A stretch of 64,000 nt of DNA from an uncultured delta proteobacterium (GTDB lineage: Bacteria > Desulfobacterota > Desulfobacteria > Desulfobacterales > SpSt-501): NCBI GenBank assembly GCA_963791285.1, contig CAWBSC010000025.1, forward strand, positions 92,520 through 156,519, written 5' to 3'. Below, one piece after another: positions 19,479-28,695 of this stretch. The first letter of the stretch is position 1. Each line of letters starts with the position of its first letter. Under the pieces are notes generated by a model that saw only the letters and a list, made by a program, of their open reading frames with translations, was not told the DNA's origin and ran no database searches. A program made the position numbers and the translations under genes.

Positions 19479-21235
19479 CATTCATCTTTAGGCGGCGCGG
19501 CGCCGCCGCCTTTGGTCAACTCGCCGTTGCGCAGCAGCCGCCGCAGCACCTTGCCCACGTTCGACATGGGCAGGGTGTCGCGGAACTCGATCTGCCGCGG
19601 GCGCTTGTAGCCGGCCATGTTCTCCTTGCAGAATGCCAGGATTTCCTCGACCGTCGCGCTTTCGCCCGGTTTCAGCTGGATGAAGGCCTTGACGGCCTCC
19701 CCGCTGTGGGCGTCGGGGACCCCTACGACGGCCGCCACGGCGATCTTGGGGTGCTGGAAGAGGATGTCTTCCACGTCCCGCGGGTAGACGTTGAAGCCGC
19801 CGACCAGGATCATATCCTTTTTGCGGTCGGTGATCAGGATGTAGCCCTCGTCGTCGACGTGGCCGATGTCGCCGGTCAGCATGTAGCGCCGCCCCGCGAT
19901 GGTTCGAAAGACCTTCTCGTCCTCATCGGGCCGCTTCCAGTAATGGGTCATCACCTGCGGACCGCAGACGGCGACCTCGCCGTCCTGGCCGCGGGGGAGT
20001 TCGTCCGTCCCCTTGACCAGGTCCACGATCTTGACGTCGGTCCCCGGCAGGGGAAAGCCGATGGTGCCGATCCGGCGCTGACGGGTGTTGGTGGGGTTGG
20101 CGCTCACGATCGGGGAGGTCTCGCTCAGGCCGTACCCCTCGAAGACGACCGCGCCCGTGCGCTCCTCGAAACGGCGGCAGACCTCGGGCGGCATGGGTGC
20201 GCCGCCGGAGAAGCAGCCCATGAGCGAGGTCAGATCGTACTTCTGCACGTGGGGGTGGTTGGTGAAGGCCATGAAGATCGTGGGGACCGCGGGCATCAGG
20301 GTCGGCCGCTCGCGCTCGACCAGCTTCAGGACCTCGGTGAACGGCGGGGTGCCGGCCCGGGGGTCGGGGACGCACAGCAGCCGGCTGGCGCTGGCGCTCG
20401 AGGCCAGCAGGGCGCACGTCATGCCGAACACGTGGTACCAGGGCAGCACGCCGAGGTAGGTGTGGGCCCCGGGGCGCTGGGTCTCTTCAGGTGCGCCCGG
20501 CGCGGGCGACAGCCGGATCCACTCCTTGATGCAGGTCAGGTTGTAGGCGATGTTGCTGTGGGTCAGGCAGGCCCCTTTGGGGACCCCGGTGGTGCCGCCG
20601 GTGTAGAGGATCAGGGCCGTGTCCTGCGCGGGGTCGATCTCCACCTGCGGCGCGCGGGGCTCGGCCGCGCGCAGGACCTCGTCGAACTGAAGGTGCCCGG
20701 CCTCGTGCCGCTTGGCGCGCGGGATTTTCCCGAGCAGCGCGCCGAGGAACCCCTTCAACGGCGGCAGGTAGGATTTGATCCCGCAGATCACGACCGTCTC
20801 GACCGCGGTGCCTTCGATGGACTTGACGGTGGTCGGGTAGAAGCGCGGGTGGTCCATGCAAAACAGCGCCCGGGCTCCGCAGTCCTTGAGCTGGTGGTTG
20901 AGCTCATGCGCGGTGTAGAGGGGGTTGCACGTGACGCCCACGGCCCCGGCCTTGAGGATGCCGAAGAAGACGGCCGGGTAGTGGGGCAGGTTGGGCAGGA
21001 AAACGGCGACCCGGTCGCCCTTGCGCACGCCGCGGCCGGCCAGGAAGTGGGCGACCCGGTCGGCCGCGTCCCTGACCTGCGCGTAGCTTCGCGACGCGCC
21101 GCCGAAGACCGTGTAGGCGTGGTTCGGAAACTCAGCGGCAGCCGCATCTAGAAACGAGAACAGCGGCCGGTCGTAGCCGGACACCGCACGCGGAACGCCG
21201 TCGGGCCAGTGGGGGGTGGGCCAGTCTGCAACCAT
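19478..21235 (-). CDS. long-chain fatty acid--CoA ligase (AMP-binding enzyme family)
   Basis: Start chosen at MVADWPTPHW (ATG 21235, AAGGAGG upstream). AMP-binding motifs LYTGGTTGVPKGA, GYGLSETS, TGDIG and the C-terminal KRPRQIEF...GKVLRR are present. Confidence 0.9.
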   Translation of the reverse strand: MVADWPTPHWPDGVPRAVSGYDRPLFSFLDAAAAEFPNHAYTVFGGASRSYAQVRDAADRVAHFLAGRGVRKGDRVAVFLPNLPHYPAVFFGILKAGAVGVTCNPLYTAHELNHQLKDCGARALFCMDHPRFYPTTVKSIEGTAVETVVICGIKSYLPPLKGFLGALLGKIPRAKRHEAGHLQFDEVLRAAEPRAPQVEIDPAQDTALILYTGGTTGVPKGACLTHSNIAYNLTCIKEWIRLSPAPGAPEETQRPGAHTYLGVLPWYHVFGMTCALLASSASASRLLCVPDPRAGTPPFTEVLKLVERERPTLMPAVPTIFMAFTNHPHVQKYDLTSLMGCFSGGAPMPPEVCRRFEERTGAVVFEGYGLSETSPIVSANPTNTRQRRIGTIGFPLPGTDVKIVDLVKGTDELPRGQDGEVAVCGPQVMTHYWKRPDEDEKVFRTIAGRRYMLTGDIGHVDDEGYILITDRKKDMILVGGFNVYPRDVEDILFQHPKIAVAAVVGVPDAHSGEAVKAFIQLKPGESATVEEILAFCKENMAGYKRPRQIEFRDTLPMSNVGKVLRRLLRNGELTKGGGAAPPKDE

Positions 21236-21349
21236 GTCCGCCTCCTTGGGTGGGACGTCTCGCATCCGCCCCGGAAACCGCGAGCGACTATAGGAGACCC
21301 CCTGCGGGGTGTCAAACCGCCAGATCGCGGACCGTCGCCGGGGGCCGGG

Positions 21350-22111
21350 TCAGCCCGCGGCCGCCTCCCGGCAGATGACCCGGTAGAGCTCCTCGCCGAC
21401 CGCCAGGCCGAGGTCGATGAACTCCGGCCCGTACCGCCGGCCCGCCGCCGTGCGGAAGGTGGACTTGATGCGGGCCAGGCGCTCCATCCCCGACGGGTAG
21501 AGCGTCAGGAACTGGTCCACGGGCGGCCGGCTGAAGGCGACCATCGCCCAGAGGGTGTCGGTGAAGTTGTCGGGCCCCCAGCGGAACTTGTCCGCATCGT
21601 AGAGGCAGTCGGACAGCAGGGATCCCGAACGGCGGTCGCCCCCGACGGTGTCCCTGAAGGCCTCGTGGTTGCGGATGGCGCTGCAGATGTCCTCGACATC
21701 GGCCGCGTCGATCGGGAAGGCCCGCAGCAGGTCGGCGGCCTGGGCCGCTCCCAACTCGGCGTGGTTGGGCTGCTTGCGGGCCAGGTCGTGCAGCAGGCCG
21801 GCGCAGTGGGCGCTGCGGATGCGGAGCTCCAATGCGGCGGGCGGCTCGACGGCGCGCGCCTCGATGTGCATCAGGGCCCCGGCGTCGAGCGCGACCTTGA
21901 GCCCGTGCGCCATTCCGTGACCGAAATCGTCCTCCAGTCGCGTCGCCACCCGGTCGCGGATGCCCCGCACGAGGGGGTCGCGCTCCAGGAGGGCCTGCGA
22001 GGCCGCGACCGCATCGGCTTCCCGGCGGTAGAAGGTCGCGGCGGGGTGCCGCGCGACTATCCCGCGGGCCCGCTCGCGCCAGCGCATGTAGATGGCGAGC
22101 GCGTCGGACAT
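21350..22111 (-). CDS. HD domain-containing protein
   Basis: 253-aa ORF. GHGMAHGLKV and LLHDLAR supply the H...HD metal-binding motif. Confidence 0.75.
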   Translation of the reverse strand: MSDALAIYMRWRERARGIVARHPAATFYRREADAVAASQALLERDPLVRGIRDRVATRLEDDFGHGMAHGLKVALDAGALMHIEARAVEPPAALELRIRSAHCAGLLHDLARKQPNHAELGAAQAADLLRAFPIDAADVEDICSAIRNHEAFRDTVGGDRRSGSLLSDCLYDADKFRWGPDNFTDTLWAMVAFSRPPVDQFLTLYPSGMERLARIKSTFRTAAGRRYGPEFIDLGLAVGEELYRVICREAAAG

Positions 22112-22206
22112 CGGCTGATCGGGGAACGCGTGTGACAGGTGGATGGCGCGTGCCGGGCGATAGGCGCAGGAGCCGGCACGCGCGGGCGACGGTAGACGTG
22201 ACCGGG

Positions 22207-22698
22207 TCAGCTTCCCATCAGGCGGAAGGGCTTGCCGCAGACTTTCCAGCTGTCGCCCTCACGCACGAGGGTAAGGGTTTCCTGGACCGGGTGAACCTCT
22301 CCGATCCCGAACCAGCGCGCCACCTGCCCGTAGACCGGGTTGATGGTGCGGCGCCGGTCGCCCATGAGCCGGACCTCGGCCGTGCCCGCGTCCTTCAGGG
22401 TGACCCGGGTCTCGACGTGGTAGATCCCCTGCTTCATGTAGTCGAACTCGTAGCCCAGCGAGCGGGCCTCGTCCCGGGTGCGCCGCAGGTAGCCCTCCAC
22501 GACCGCGGCCTTGCCCGAGGCCAGGTTGGCGCACAACCGGTCGGCCATGGACGGGTCCAGCCAGTAGTAAGCCTCCGCGAACTCCACGGCGGCCTTCTCC
22601 GGCGTGTCGCGCTGGTCGGCGACGGCCAGAACCACTTGGAGAATGAGGGCCAGCATGAGGATCGAGGTGAACGTCAGGAATTTGGTGCCGCTGTCCAT
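22207..22698 (-). CDS. membrane-anchored hypothetical protein
   Basis: 163-aa ORF with an N-terminal TM segment FLTFTSILMLALILQVVLAV. No family recognised. Confidence 0.65.
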   Translation of the reverse strand: MDSGTKFLTFTSILMLALILQVVLAVADQRDTPEKAAVEFAEAYYWLDPSMADRLCANLASGKAAVVEGYLRRTRDEARSLGYEFDYMKQGIYHVETRVTLKDAGTAEVRLMGDRRRTINPVYGQVARWFGIGEVHPVQETLTLVREGDSWKVCGKPFRLMGS

Positions 22699-22835
22699 AT
22701 GCCTTCCTCCTTGTATCTATCCGGGGGTGTCGCAGGGGGGATGCTCGGCCTGGGGCGTCACGAAGCCGCGCCGTTCCAGGCTTTACAGCGTTGGGCCTTA
22801 CCACGATTGTCCGGAGGATGACAAGAGGTTTTTGG

Positions 22836-22947
22836 AGGGTGGGAGGGGGTGTTTGGGTGTTTCGGTGTTTGGGTATTCGGTGAAACACCTGAACACCGCT
22901 TGCCGCCCAGACACTACGACACCCAAATACCCAAACACCCAAACAAC
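22836..22947. repeat. heptamer/octamer-repeat hairpin, (GGTGTTTG)n / (CACCCAAA)n arms
   Basis: The left arm GAGGGTGGGAGGGGGTGTTTGGGTGTTTCGGTGTTTGGGTATTCGGTG (22836-22882) is complementary, in several registers, to ACACCCAAATACCCAAACACCCAAACAAC (22919-22947). Confidence 0.85.
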
Positions 22948-22955
22948 AAATTCCC

Positions 22956-23651
22956 TCACCGCACGCGGCAGCACTCGACCCACGGTTCGGCGCGACGCGC
23001 GAGCTCGGCCATCTCGGCCTCGCTGAAGCCGGGGTCTCCCTCGCAGAACCCGGGACGGAGGATATCTCCGGCCCGGAATGGCTGGAGAATATAGAGGCGG
23101 CTGCCCCGGATCAGGCGTGCGATGTGCTCGACCGTCGCGAGGGACACCAGCGGGCGGACGCAGGTCGTGCGGAACTCGTAGTCCAGCCCCGAGCGCATGA
23201 TGGCGTCGACGCTCATGCGCAGGGTGGCGGCGTCGCAGCCGGCGGACACGGACTCCCGGTAGCGCTCCGGGTCGGTCTTGAGGTCCATGGCGACGTAGTC
23301 CACGAGCCCTTCCGCCATCAGGCGCGCGAGCATCTCCGGCCGGCTGCCGTTGGTGTCGAGCTTCACCGGGAAGCCCAGCCGCTTGATCCGACGGCAGAAC
23401 TCGGGCAGCTCCGCGTGCAGGGTGGGCTCGCCGCCCGAGACGACCACCCCGTCGAGCCGGCCGCGCCGCTGCTCGAGGAACGCGAAGACCTCGGCCGCGG
23501 TCACCCGTTCGACGTGGAGCGCGGGGTCGCCGGTCAGTTGAGGGTTGTGGCAGTAGGGGCACTCGAAATTGCAGCCCGCGAGGAAGAGCACGCAGCAGAG
23601 CTTCCCGGGGTAGTCGATGCACGAGGTGGGCTGGATGCCGCCGATCACCAT
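22956..23651 (-). CDS. nrdG: anaerobic ribonucleoside-triphosphate reductase activating protein (radical SAM)
   Basis: 231-aa ORF with the radical-SAM motif CNFECPYCHN. Lies directly downstream of nrdD. Confidence 0.9.
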   Translation of the reverse strand: MVIGGIQPTSCIDYPGKLCCVLFLAGCNFECPYCHNPQLTGDPALHVERVTAAEVFAFLEQRRGRLDGVVVSGGEPTLHAELPEFCRRIKRLGFPVKLDTNGSRPEMLARLMAEGLVDYVAMDLKTDPERYRESVSAGCDAATLRMSVDAIMRSGLDYEFRTTCVRPLVSLATVEHIARLIRGSRLYILQPFRAGDILRPGFCEGDPGFSEAEMAELARRAEPWVECCRVR

Positions 23652-23659
23652 GGGGGGAT

Positions 23660-23891
23660 GAAAACCGCGTCTCAGGCCGTGGTCCGGCGTTGCGCGACCC
23701 TTTTATGATTACCTGCAAACACCGGCAGGTACACCGATGGAAGCACTGACGTGCTTCTGGTCTTTTCGGCCTGCGGCCGAAAATCCGCACACCCGCCTGC
23801 GCGGGTGGTCGTTGAGCGCCCACATACTGGCCCGTATGCCGCGCATCCCAGAGAGCCGCGCGCCTTGGCTGACGGCCTGATACGTGTTTTC
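23660..23891 (-). repeat. PR-1 family copy in reverse orientation, with a ~105-bp internal insertion made of four small hairpins
   Basis: The ends match reversed PR-1 arms: GAAAACCGCGTCTCAGGCCGTGGTCCGGCGTTGCGCGACCC and ...GCCGCGCGCCTTGGCTGACGGCCTGATACGTGTTTTC. The insert carries stems at 23711-23730, 23740-23757, 23763-23783 and 23790-23807. Confidence 0.8.
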
Positions 23892-23914
23892 AGTGAGGTG
23901 GCCATTACGTCCTT

Positions 23915-26071
23915 TCAGGACGCGACGTTGAAGCTCTTACGGTTTTCGAATTCCGCCTGTTTGCCGCTGTTCCACTGCTGCACGGGCCGCAGGTAGCCGA
24001 CCACCCGCGAGTAGACCTCGGTCGACTCGCTGCACCGCCGGCAGTGCGGCTGCTCGCCTTCCAGGTAGCCGTGGGTCGGGCAGATGCTGAAGGTCGGGGT
24101 GAGCGTGAAGTAGGGCAGCCGGTAGCCGGTCGCGATCTTGCGCACCAGTCCCCGCACGACCGCGGGATCCCGCACCTGCTCGCCGAGGAAGACGTGCAGG
24201 ACGGTGCCGCCCGTGTACTTGGTCTGCAGCTCGTCCTGCAGGTCGAGGGTCCGGAACAGGTCGTCGGTGAACCCCACGGGCAGGTGGCTGGAGTTGGTGT
24301 AATACGGCGCGGCGTTGCGGTCGCGGACGTCGCGGTCGTTGGCGCTGACGAGATCCGGGAAGCGCTTGCGATCGAGCATGGCCAGCCGGAAGGAGGTCCC
24401 CTCGCCCGGCGTCGCTTCCAGGTTGAACAGGGTCCCGGTCTCCTCCTGCAGCCCGGCGATGGCCTCCCGCAGGAAGTCCATGACCTTGAGGGCGAAGCGC
24501 TGGCCCTCGGCCGCGGCGATGTCCTGGCCCAGGAAGTTCAGGCAGGCCTCGTTCATCCCGATGATGCCGATCGTCGAAAAGTGGTTCTTCCAGTAGATGC
24601 CCGAGGCCTTCTTGATGTCCCGCAGGTAGAACTTGGAGTAGGGGTAGAGGTTCTTGTCGGTGAACTGCTCGAGGATCTTGCGCTTGATGATCAGGCTCTC
24701 GGCCGCGATGCGCACCAGGCGCCCCAGACGCGCGAAGAAGTCCGGCTCCCCGTCGCTGAGGTAGCCCACGCGGGGGAGGTTGAGCGTCACCACGCCGATC
24801 GAGCCGGTGAGCGGGTTGGCGCCGAACAGCCCGCCGCCGCGCTTGAGCAGCTCACGGTTGTCCAACCGCAGCCGGCAGCACATCGAACGCGCGTCCTCGG
24901 GCGACATGTCCGAGTTGATGAAGTTCGAGAAGTAGGGGATCCCGTACTTGCCCGTCATGCGCCAGACGGTCTCGAGCGTCGGGTTGTCCCAGTCGAAGTC
25001 CGCGGTGAGGTTGTAGGTCGGAATCGGGAAGGTGAACACCCGCCCCTTGGCGTCCCCCTCCATCATGACCTCGGCGAAGGCGCGGTTGATCAGGTCCATC
25101 TCGGCCTGGAACTCGCCGTAGGTCTCGGGCTGCTGCTCGCCGCCCACGACCACCGGCACGTCCCGCAGGGTGGAGGGCGCGCCGAGGTCGAGGGTGATGT
25201 TGGTGAACGGCGTCTGGAACCCGACGCGCGTGGGGATGTTGATGTTGAAGATAAACTCCTGCAGCGCCTGCTTGACCTCGGGGTACGTCAACGCGTCACG
25301 GCGCACGAAGGGCGCCAGCAGGGTGTCGAAGTTGGAGATGGCCTGAGCGCCGGCCGCCTCGCCCTGGAGGGTGTAGAAGAAGTTGACGATCTGCCCGAGC
25401 GCGCTGCGCAGGTGCCGGGGCGGCGAGCTCTCCACCTTGCCCTCGACCCCCTTGAACCCCTGGCGCAGGAGGTCCAGCAGGTCCCAGCCCACGCAGTACA
25501 CGGACAGCAGGTTCAGGTCGTGGATGTGGAGGTCCCCCTCGGTGTGGGCGCTGCGGATCTCGGGGGGATAGATGCTGTTCAGCCAGTACTCGGAGGTGAC
25601 CTCGGAGGAGATATAGTTGTTCAGCCCCTGCAGCGAATAGCTCATGTTGCTGTTCTCGCGGATCTTCCAGTCGAGCTTTTCGATGTAGTGGTTGACGAGG
25701 TCGACGTTGGCCCGGGTCGTGATCTTGCGAATCTGCGCGTGCTGCTCGCGGTAGAGGATGTAGGCCTTGGCGGTCTTATAAAAAGGCGAGTCGAGCAGCA
25801 CCCGCTCGACGATGTCCTGGACCTCCTCCACTTTGGGCGACGGGCCCAGCCGCAGCTCGTGGGACAGGGTCAGCACGCGCAGGGTGAGCTTGCGCGCCTC
25901 GCGGTCGCCGAACTCACCGGTGGCGCTCCCGGCCTTGGCTATGGCCGCAGTGATCTTCGAAGAGTCGAATTCGACAATCCGTCCGTCGCGCTTCTCGATT
26001 TTCTCGAACACGGGTGCAACTCCTGCGGGGGTAGAGGGTCCGGGGACGATGCGCACGCCCGCTGCGTCCAT
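23915..26071 (-). CDS. nrdD: anaerobic ribonucleoside-triphosphate reductase (class III)
   Basis: Intact ORF. Start taken at MDAAGVRIV (ATG 26071). ATP-cone-like FEKIEKRDGRIVEFDSSKITAAI. The C-terminal Zn ribbon and glycyl-radical region reads CPTHGYLEGEQPHCRRC...VYSRVVGYLRPV. Confidence 0.95.
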   Translation of the reverse strand: MDAAGVRIVPGPSTPAGVAPVFEKIEKRDGRIVEFDSSKITAAIAKAGSATGEFGDREARKLTLRVLTLSHELRLGPSPKVEEVQDIVERVLLDSPFYKTAKAYILYREQHAQIRKITTRANVDLVNHYIEKLDWKIRENSNMSYSLQGLNNYISSEVTSEYWLNSIYPPEIRSAHTEGDLHIHDLNLLSVYCVGWDLLDLLRQGFKGVEGKVESSPPRHLRSALGQIVNFFYTLQGEAAGAQAISNFDTLLAPFVRRDALTYPEVKQALQEFIFNINIPTRVGFQTPFTNITLDLGAPSTLRDVPVVVGGEQQPETYGEFQAEMDLINRAFAEVMMEGDAKGRVFTFPIPTYNLTADFDWDNPTLETVWRMTGKYGIPYFSNFINSDMSPEDARSMCCRLRLDNRELLKRGGGLFGANPLTGSIGVVTLNLPRVGYLSDGEPDFFARLGRLVRIAAESLIIKRKILEQFTDKNLYPYSKFYLRDIKKASGIYWKNHFSTIGIIGMNEACLNFLGQDIAAAEGQRFALKVMDFLREAIAGLQEETGTLFNLEATPGEGTSFRLAMLDRKRFPDLVSANDRDVRDRNAAPYYTNSSHLPVGFTDDLFRTLDLQDELQTKYTGGTVLHVFLGEQVRDPAVVRGLVRKIATGYRLPYFTLTPTFSICPTHGYLEGEQPHCRRCSESTEVYSRVVGYLRPVQQWNSGKQAEFENRKSFNVAS

Positions 26072-26156
26072 CCGTAGCGGGCCGCCGAGGCCTTGCGTTT
26101 CAGATTGTGGCGTTGCACTGCGAGCGAGGGCTTTTCCGGTGAGGCCGCTGTTAAAA

Positions 26157-26209
26157 TTTATACACAACATCTTGCGGTCAAGTCAAGATATTCCTTCAAC
26201 ATGTAGTGA
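26157..26209 (-). promoter_or_regulatory. putative nrdD promoter with two NrdR-box-like sites
   Basis: On the minus strand: TTGACT (26186-26181), 18 nt, TATAAA (26162-26157). Box-like 16-mers at 26162-26177 (ACACAACATCTTGCGG) and 26194-26209 (CTTCAACATGTAGTGA) have centres 32 bp apart. Each matches about 10-11 of 16 positions of the NrdR consensus as I recall it. The patch is locally AT-rich in a GC-rich genome. Confidence 0.4.
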
Positions 26210-26280
26210 TAATTCGAAATTTTGCGCGGGCATAATCTGGCATGAATGCCGCATGGATCGGCGGGGTCCGCAGGGTGGGC

Positions 26281-27177
26281 CTACTCGACCGTCCAGACGT
26301 AATCGGCGATGCCGGCGGCCGGCTCCTCGCCGGGGGAGACGATGACCACGGTGCGGAAAGGGGCTCCATTGCGGCCGAAGGCCCGCGCGGGGATGCCGTA
26401 CTTGAATTGGATGTGGCCGTTGCCGGCCAGCACCACCATGCGGCCGGAACCGAGCTCGCGTGCGACGGACTCGGCCATGACGTCCTCCCAGACGCATTGG
26501 GCCAGGTAGAAATCCTCGAAGTCCGAGCGGAAGTCGTGCTGCCGGAAAACCTGCTGGACAAAGGCGCGGTGCGCGGCGTTCGAGGTGTCCACCCGGCCGG
26601 GGAGGAACCCCTTCTCGTAGCCCGAGAGATGCTCCGTGCCGCCGACCCGGATCTTGGGCGGGATGCTGGAGGGCAGGTTGAGCGCCACCAACCGCAGGCG
26701 GTTGGCCTTGACGTAGTCGAGGATCGGGCGGTAGAGCGCATAGTCGAAGCGCCAGTTCGCGTACCAGTGGGTGCGCCGCAGGAACTCGGCTTCGTCCAGC
26801 TCGCCCGCCGACCACCGGTCCAGGACCGGCTGGTAGGAGCGGTCGAACATCTCCATGCCGACCGCGAGGTCCCGGTCCCGGGCGTGCAGCGCCTGGATCA
26901 CGCGCAGCTGCGCCCGGTGGTCGGCCGCCGACGGGTGCCGCTCGCCGACGTAGACCACGCGCACCGCAGCGAGGTCCGCCACCATCTCGTCCCAGCCGAC
27001 CGGCGTCCCCGTGGTCCCGGAGACGATCTCGTCCGGCCGGCCTGCGGTCACCCCCGGGCGCATGTCGGTTGTCTTCGGCACGGCACACCCCGCAACGCCG
27101 GCCAGCGCGAGGGCCGCCAGCAGCACGATCGCGGCCGTGCCGCGGGTCCGGCCTTGATTTTCGCCGCACGGCCGCAT
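26281..27177 (-). CDS. ChaN-family (haem/iron-associated, DUF399-like) lipoprotein
   Basis: 298-aa ORF with lipobox LAGVAGC. VVYVGERHPSAADHRAQLRVIQAL and VVLAGNGHIQFKYGIP resemble ChaN-type proteins, by eye. Confidence 0.65.
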   Translation of the reverse strand: MRPCGENQGRTRGTAAIVLLAALALAGVAGCAVPKTTDMRPGVTAGRPDEIVSGTTGTPVGWDEMVADLAAVRVVYVGERHPSAADHRAQLRVIQALHARDRDLAVGMEMFDRSYQPVLDRWSAGELDEAEFLRRTHWYANWRFDYALYRPILDYVKANRLRLVALNLPSSIPPKIRVGGTEHLSGYEKGFLPGRVDTSNAAHRAFVQQVFRQHDFRSDFEDFYLAQCVWEDVMAESVARELGSGRMVVLAGNGHIQFKYGIPARAFGRNGAPFRTVVIVSPGEEPAAGIADYVWTVE

Positions 27178-27228
27178 AAGGTTTCACCCCGTGATTCTGA
27201 TGGGTATGGAAAGGAGTCGGTCGCCCGC

Positions 27229-27519
27229 TTGAACCTCATCCCCCAGCTGCAGCGCCGCCGCCCGCCCGGGCTGAGCATCGACCTGGGCCGGCCTCTGCCC
27301 GTCCGCGGGCGGCCGGTCCTGACCCATGCCGCGGCGGCCCGCACGCTCATGCTGGCGCTACTCGCGGCCGTATTCGTGTTCGGGCTGATCGGGGTCGCGG
27401 TCGCCCGTGACGAAGAGGCCTACCGGGCCTTCATCTGGGTGCCGCGGCTGCTCGTCGCCGCCAGCGGCCTGCTGATCGTCGCCAGCCTGGTGCGCGCCGT
27501 GCGCCGCTGGCGCCGCTGA
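27229..27519 (+). CDS. possible small two-TM membrane protein
   Basis: TTG start 12 nt after AAGGAG. The tail of track ORF 26242..27519 becomes non-antisense here (TLMLALLAAVFVFGLIGVAVA ... LLVAASGLLIVASLV). Weak call. Confidence 0.3.
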   Translation: MNLIPQLQRRRPPGLSIDLGRPLPVRGRPVLTHAAAARTLMLALLAAVFVFGLIGVAVARDEEAYRAFIWVPRLLVAASGLLIVASLVRAVRRWRR

Positions 27520-27595
27520 GAAGACCATAGACCCGTGTGCCGTGGACCCGCAAGATAGAAATACCGGGTAAACGGGTTAACCGGCCAACCGCCGT

Positions 27596-28030
27596 CTACT
27601 TCGGCGTTGCGGTCAGGACCGCGGTCAGCGCCTTCATCATCTGGTCAGGAGGAATGAAGCCCGGCAAACTCCCGATTTCCTGGCCGCCCTCTGTCAGGAA
27701 AACCATGTGGGGCAATCCCTTCACGCGGTAGAGGGAGGCGGCGGCCTTGTCGCGGTCCGCGTCCACCCGGATCGGGATGAAGCTGCGGTTGAGCATGGCG
27801 ACGACCTCGGGGTTCGTGAAGGTCTTGCGGTCCATGTCGGCGCAGTAGGCGCACCACTCCGCGTGAAAATAGACGAAGGCCTTCTTCTTCTCGAACCGGC
27901 TGCGGGCCATGCCCGCCTCGTAGGAATGCCACTCGATCTTCTCCGCGGCCGCCCACAGGCGGTCGAGGAAGGGAACTCCTGCCGTCACCGCCGCCAGCAC
28001 CAGCAGCCACACCGCCGACTTCAATGTCAT
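27596..28030 (-). CDS. thioredoxin-fold protein with N-terminal anchor/signal
   Basis: 144-aa ORF. CxxC motif in FHAEWCAYCADMD. Signal-like N-terminus MTLKSAVWLLVLAAVTAG. Confidence 0.8.
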   Translation of the reverse strand: MTLKSAVWLLVLAAVTAGVPFLDRLWAAAEKIEWHSYEAGMARSRFEKKKAFVYFHAEWCAYCADMDRKTFTNPEVVAMLNRSFIPIRVDADRDKAAASLYRVKGLPHMVFLTEGGQEIGSLPGFIPPDQMMKALTAVLTATPK

Positions 28031-28085
28031 GCAAACCTCTGCCCGCTGAAATGGTTCTGTCCCGACCGCATTGCCGAATCGCGCC

Positions 28086-28526
28086 TCAGGCGGCGGGACG
28101 CCGCACCCGGTGGCGCAGCGCCCAGAGCCCGCCAGCCAGCATGACCAGGTCGCGCACGAGGGACTCCAGCACCCGGCCGCTGCCGGCGCCGGCCGCCACC
28201 GAAAAGCAGCCGCAGTCCGTGTCGATGCCGCGCAGCGCGTTGAGGGCGAGGGCGGCCGTGAAGACCGCCATCAGCGCAGTGCAAACCGCCAGCCCCCCGC
28301 CGGCCCACACGCCCGACACGAGGCTGAGGCCGCAGACCGCCTCCACCCAGGGCAGCACGACCGCCGCCGGGTGGACCAGGGCCGGCGGCAGCAGCTGGTA
28401 GTTCTGGACCACCCGGGCGAAACCGGCCGGGTCGAGGATCTTGCCCCAGCTCGCATAAAGGAAGATCACCCCGCAGCCGACCCGCACCAGGTGGTAGAGG
28501 ATATCCTGCAGCGTGCGTCCGTTCAT
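28086..28526 (-). CDS. MauE/DoxX-family redox-associated membrane protein
   Basis: Start at MNGRTLQDILYHLVRVGCGVIFLYASWGKILDP (ATG 28526). Four TM segments and a CGCF motif. Paired with the thioredoxin-like gene downstream. Confidence 0.7.
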   Translation of the reverse strand: MNGRTLQDILYHLVRVGCGVIFLYASWGKILDPAGFARVVQNYQLLPPALVHPAAVVLPWVEAVCGLSLVSGVWAGGGLAVCTALMAVFTAALALNALRGIDTDCGCFSVAAGAGSGRVLESLVRDLVMLAGGLWALRHRVRRPAA

Positions 28527-28625
28527 GGGGTCAGCCTGCCTCTCCGCCGCCCGAGCGGTAGTTTGGCCTCCAGCCCTGAGCGGGAGGACCGGGCAAAGGG
28601 GCGAAGGTCGCAATCATCATCCCCG

Positions 28626-28664
28626 CCAAACACCCAAATACCCAAACACCAAACACACAACACC
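28626..28664. repeat. single-arm (CACCCAAA)n-type tract
   Basis: CCAAACACCCAAATACCCAAACACCAAACACACAACACC. No complementary arm nearby. Confidence 0.75.
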
Positions 28665-28695
28665 ATTCCGATATTGGGCTTGCCGAGACGTCGTC

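Noticed and set aside
26072-26156. Cobalamin or other riboswitch in the nrdD leader.
   Set aside because: The leader downstream of the putative promoter is only about 85 nt. It shows no B12-box-like GCCACTG element or extended conserved helices.
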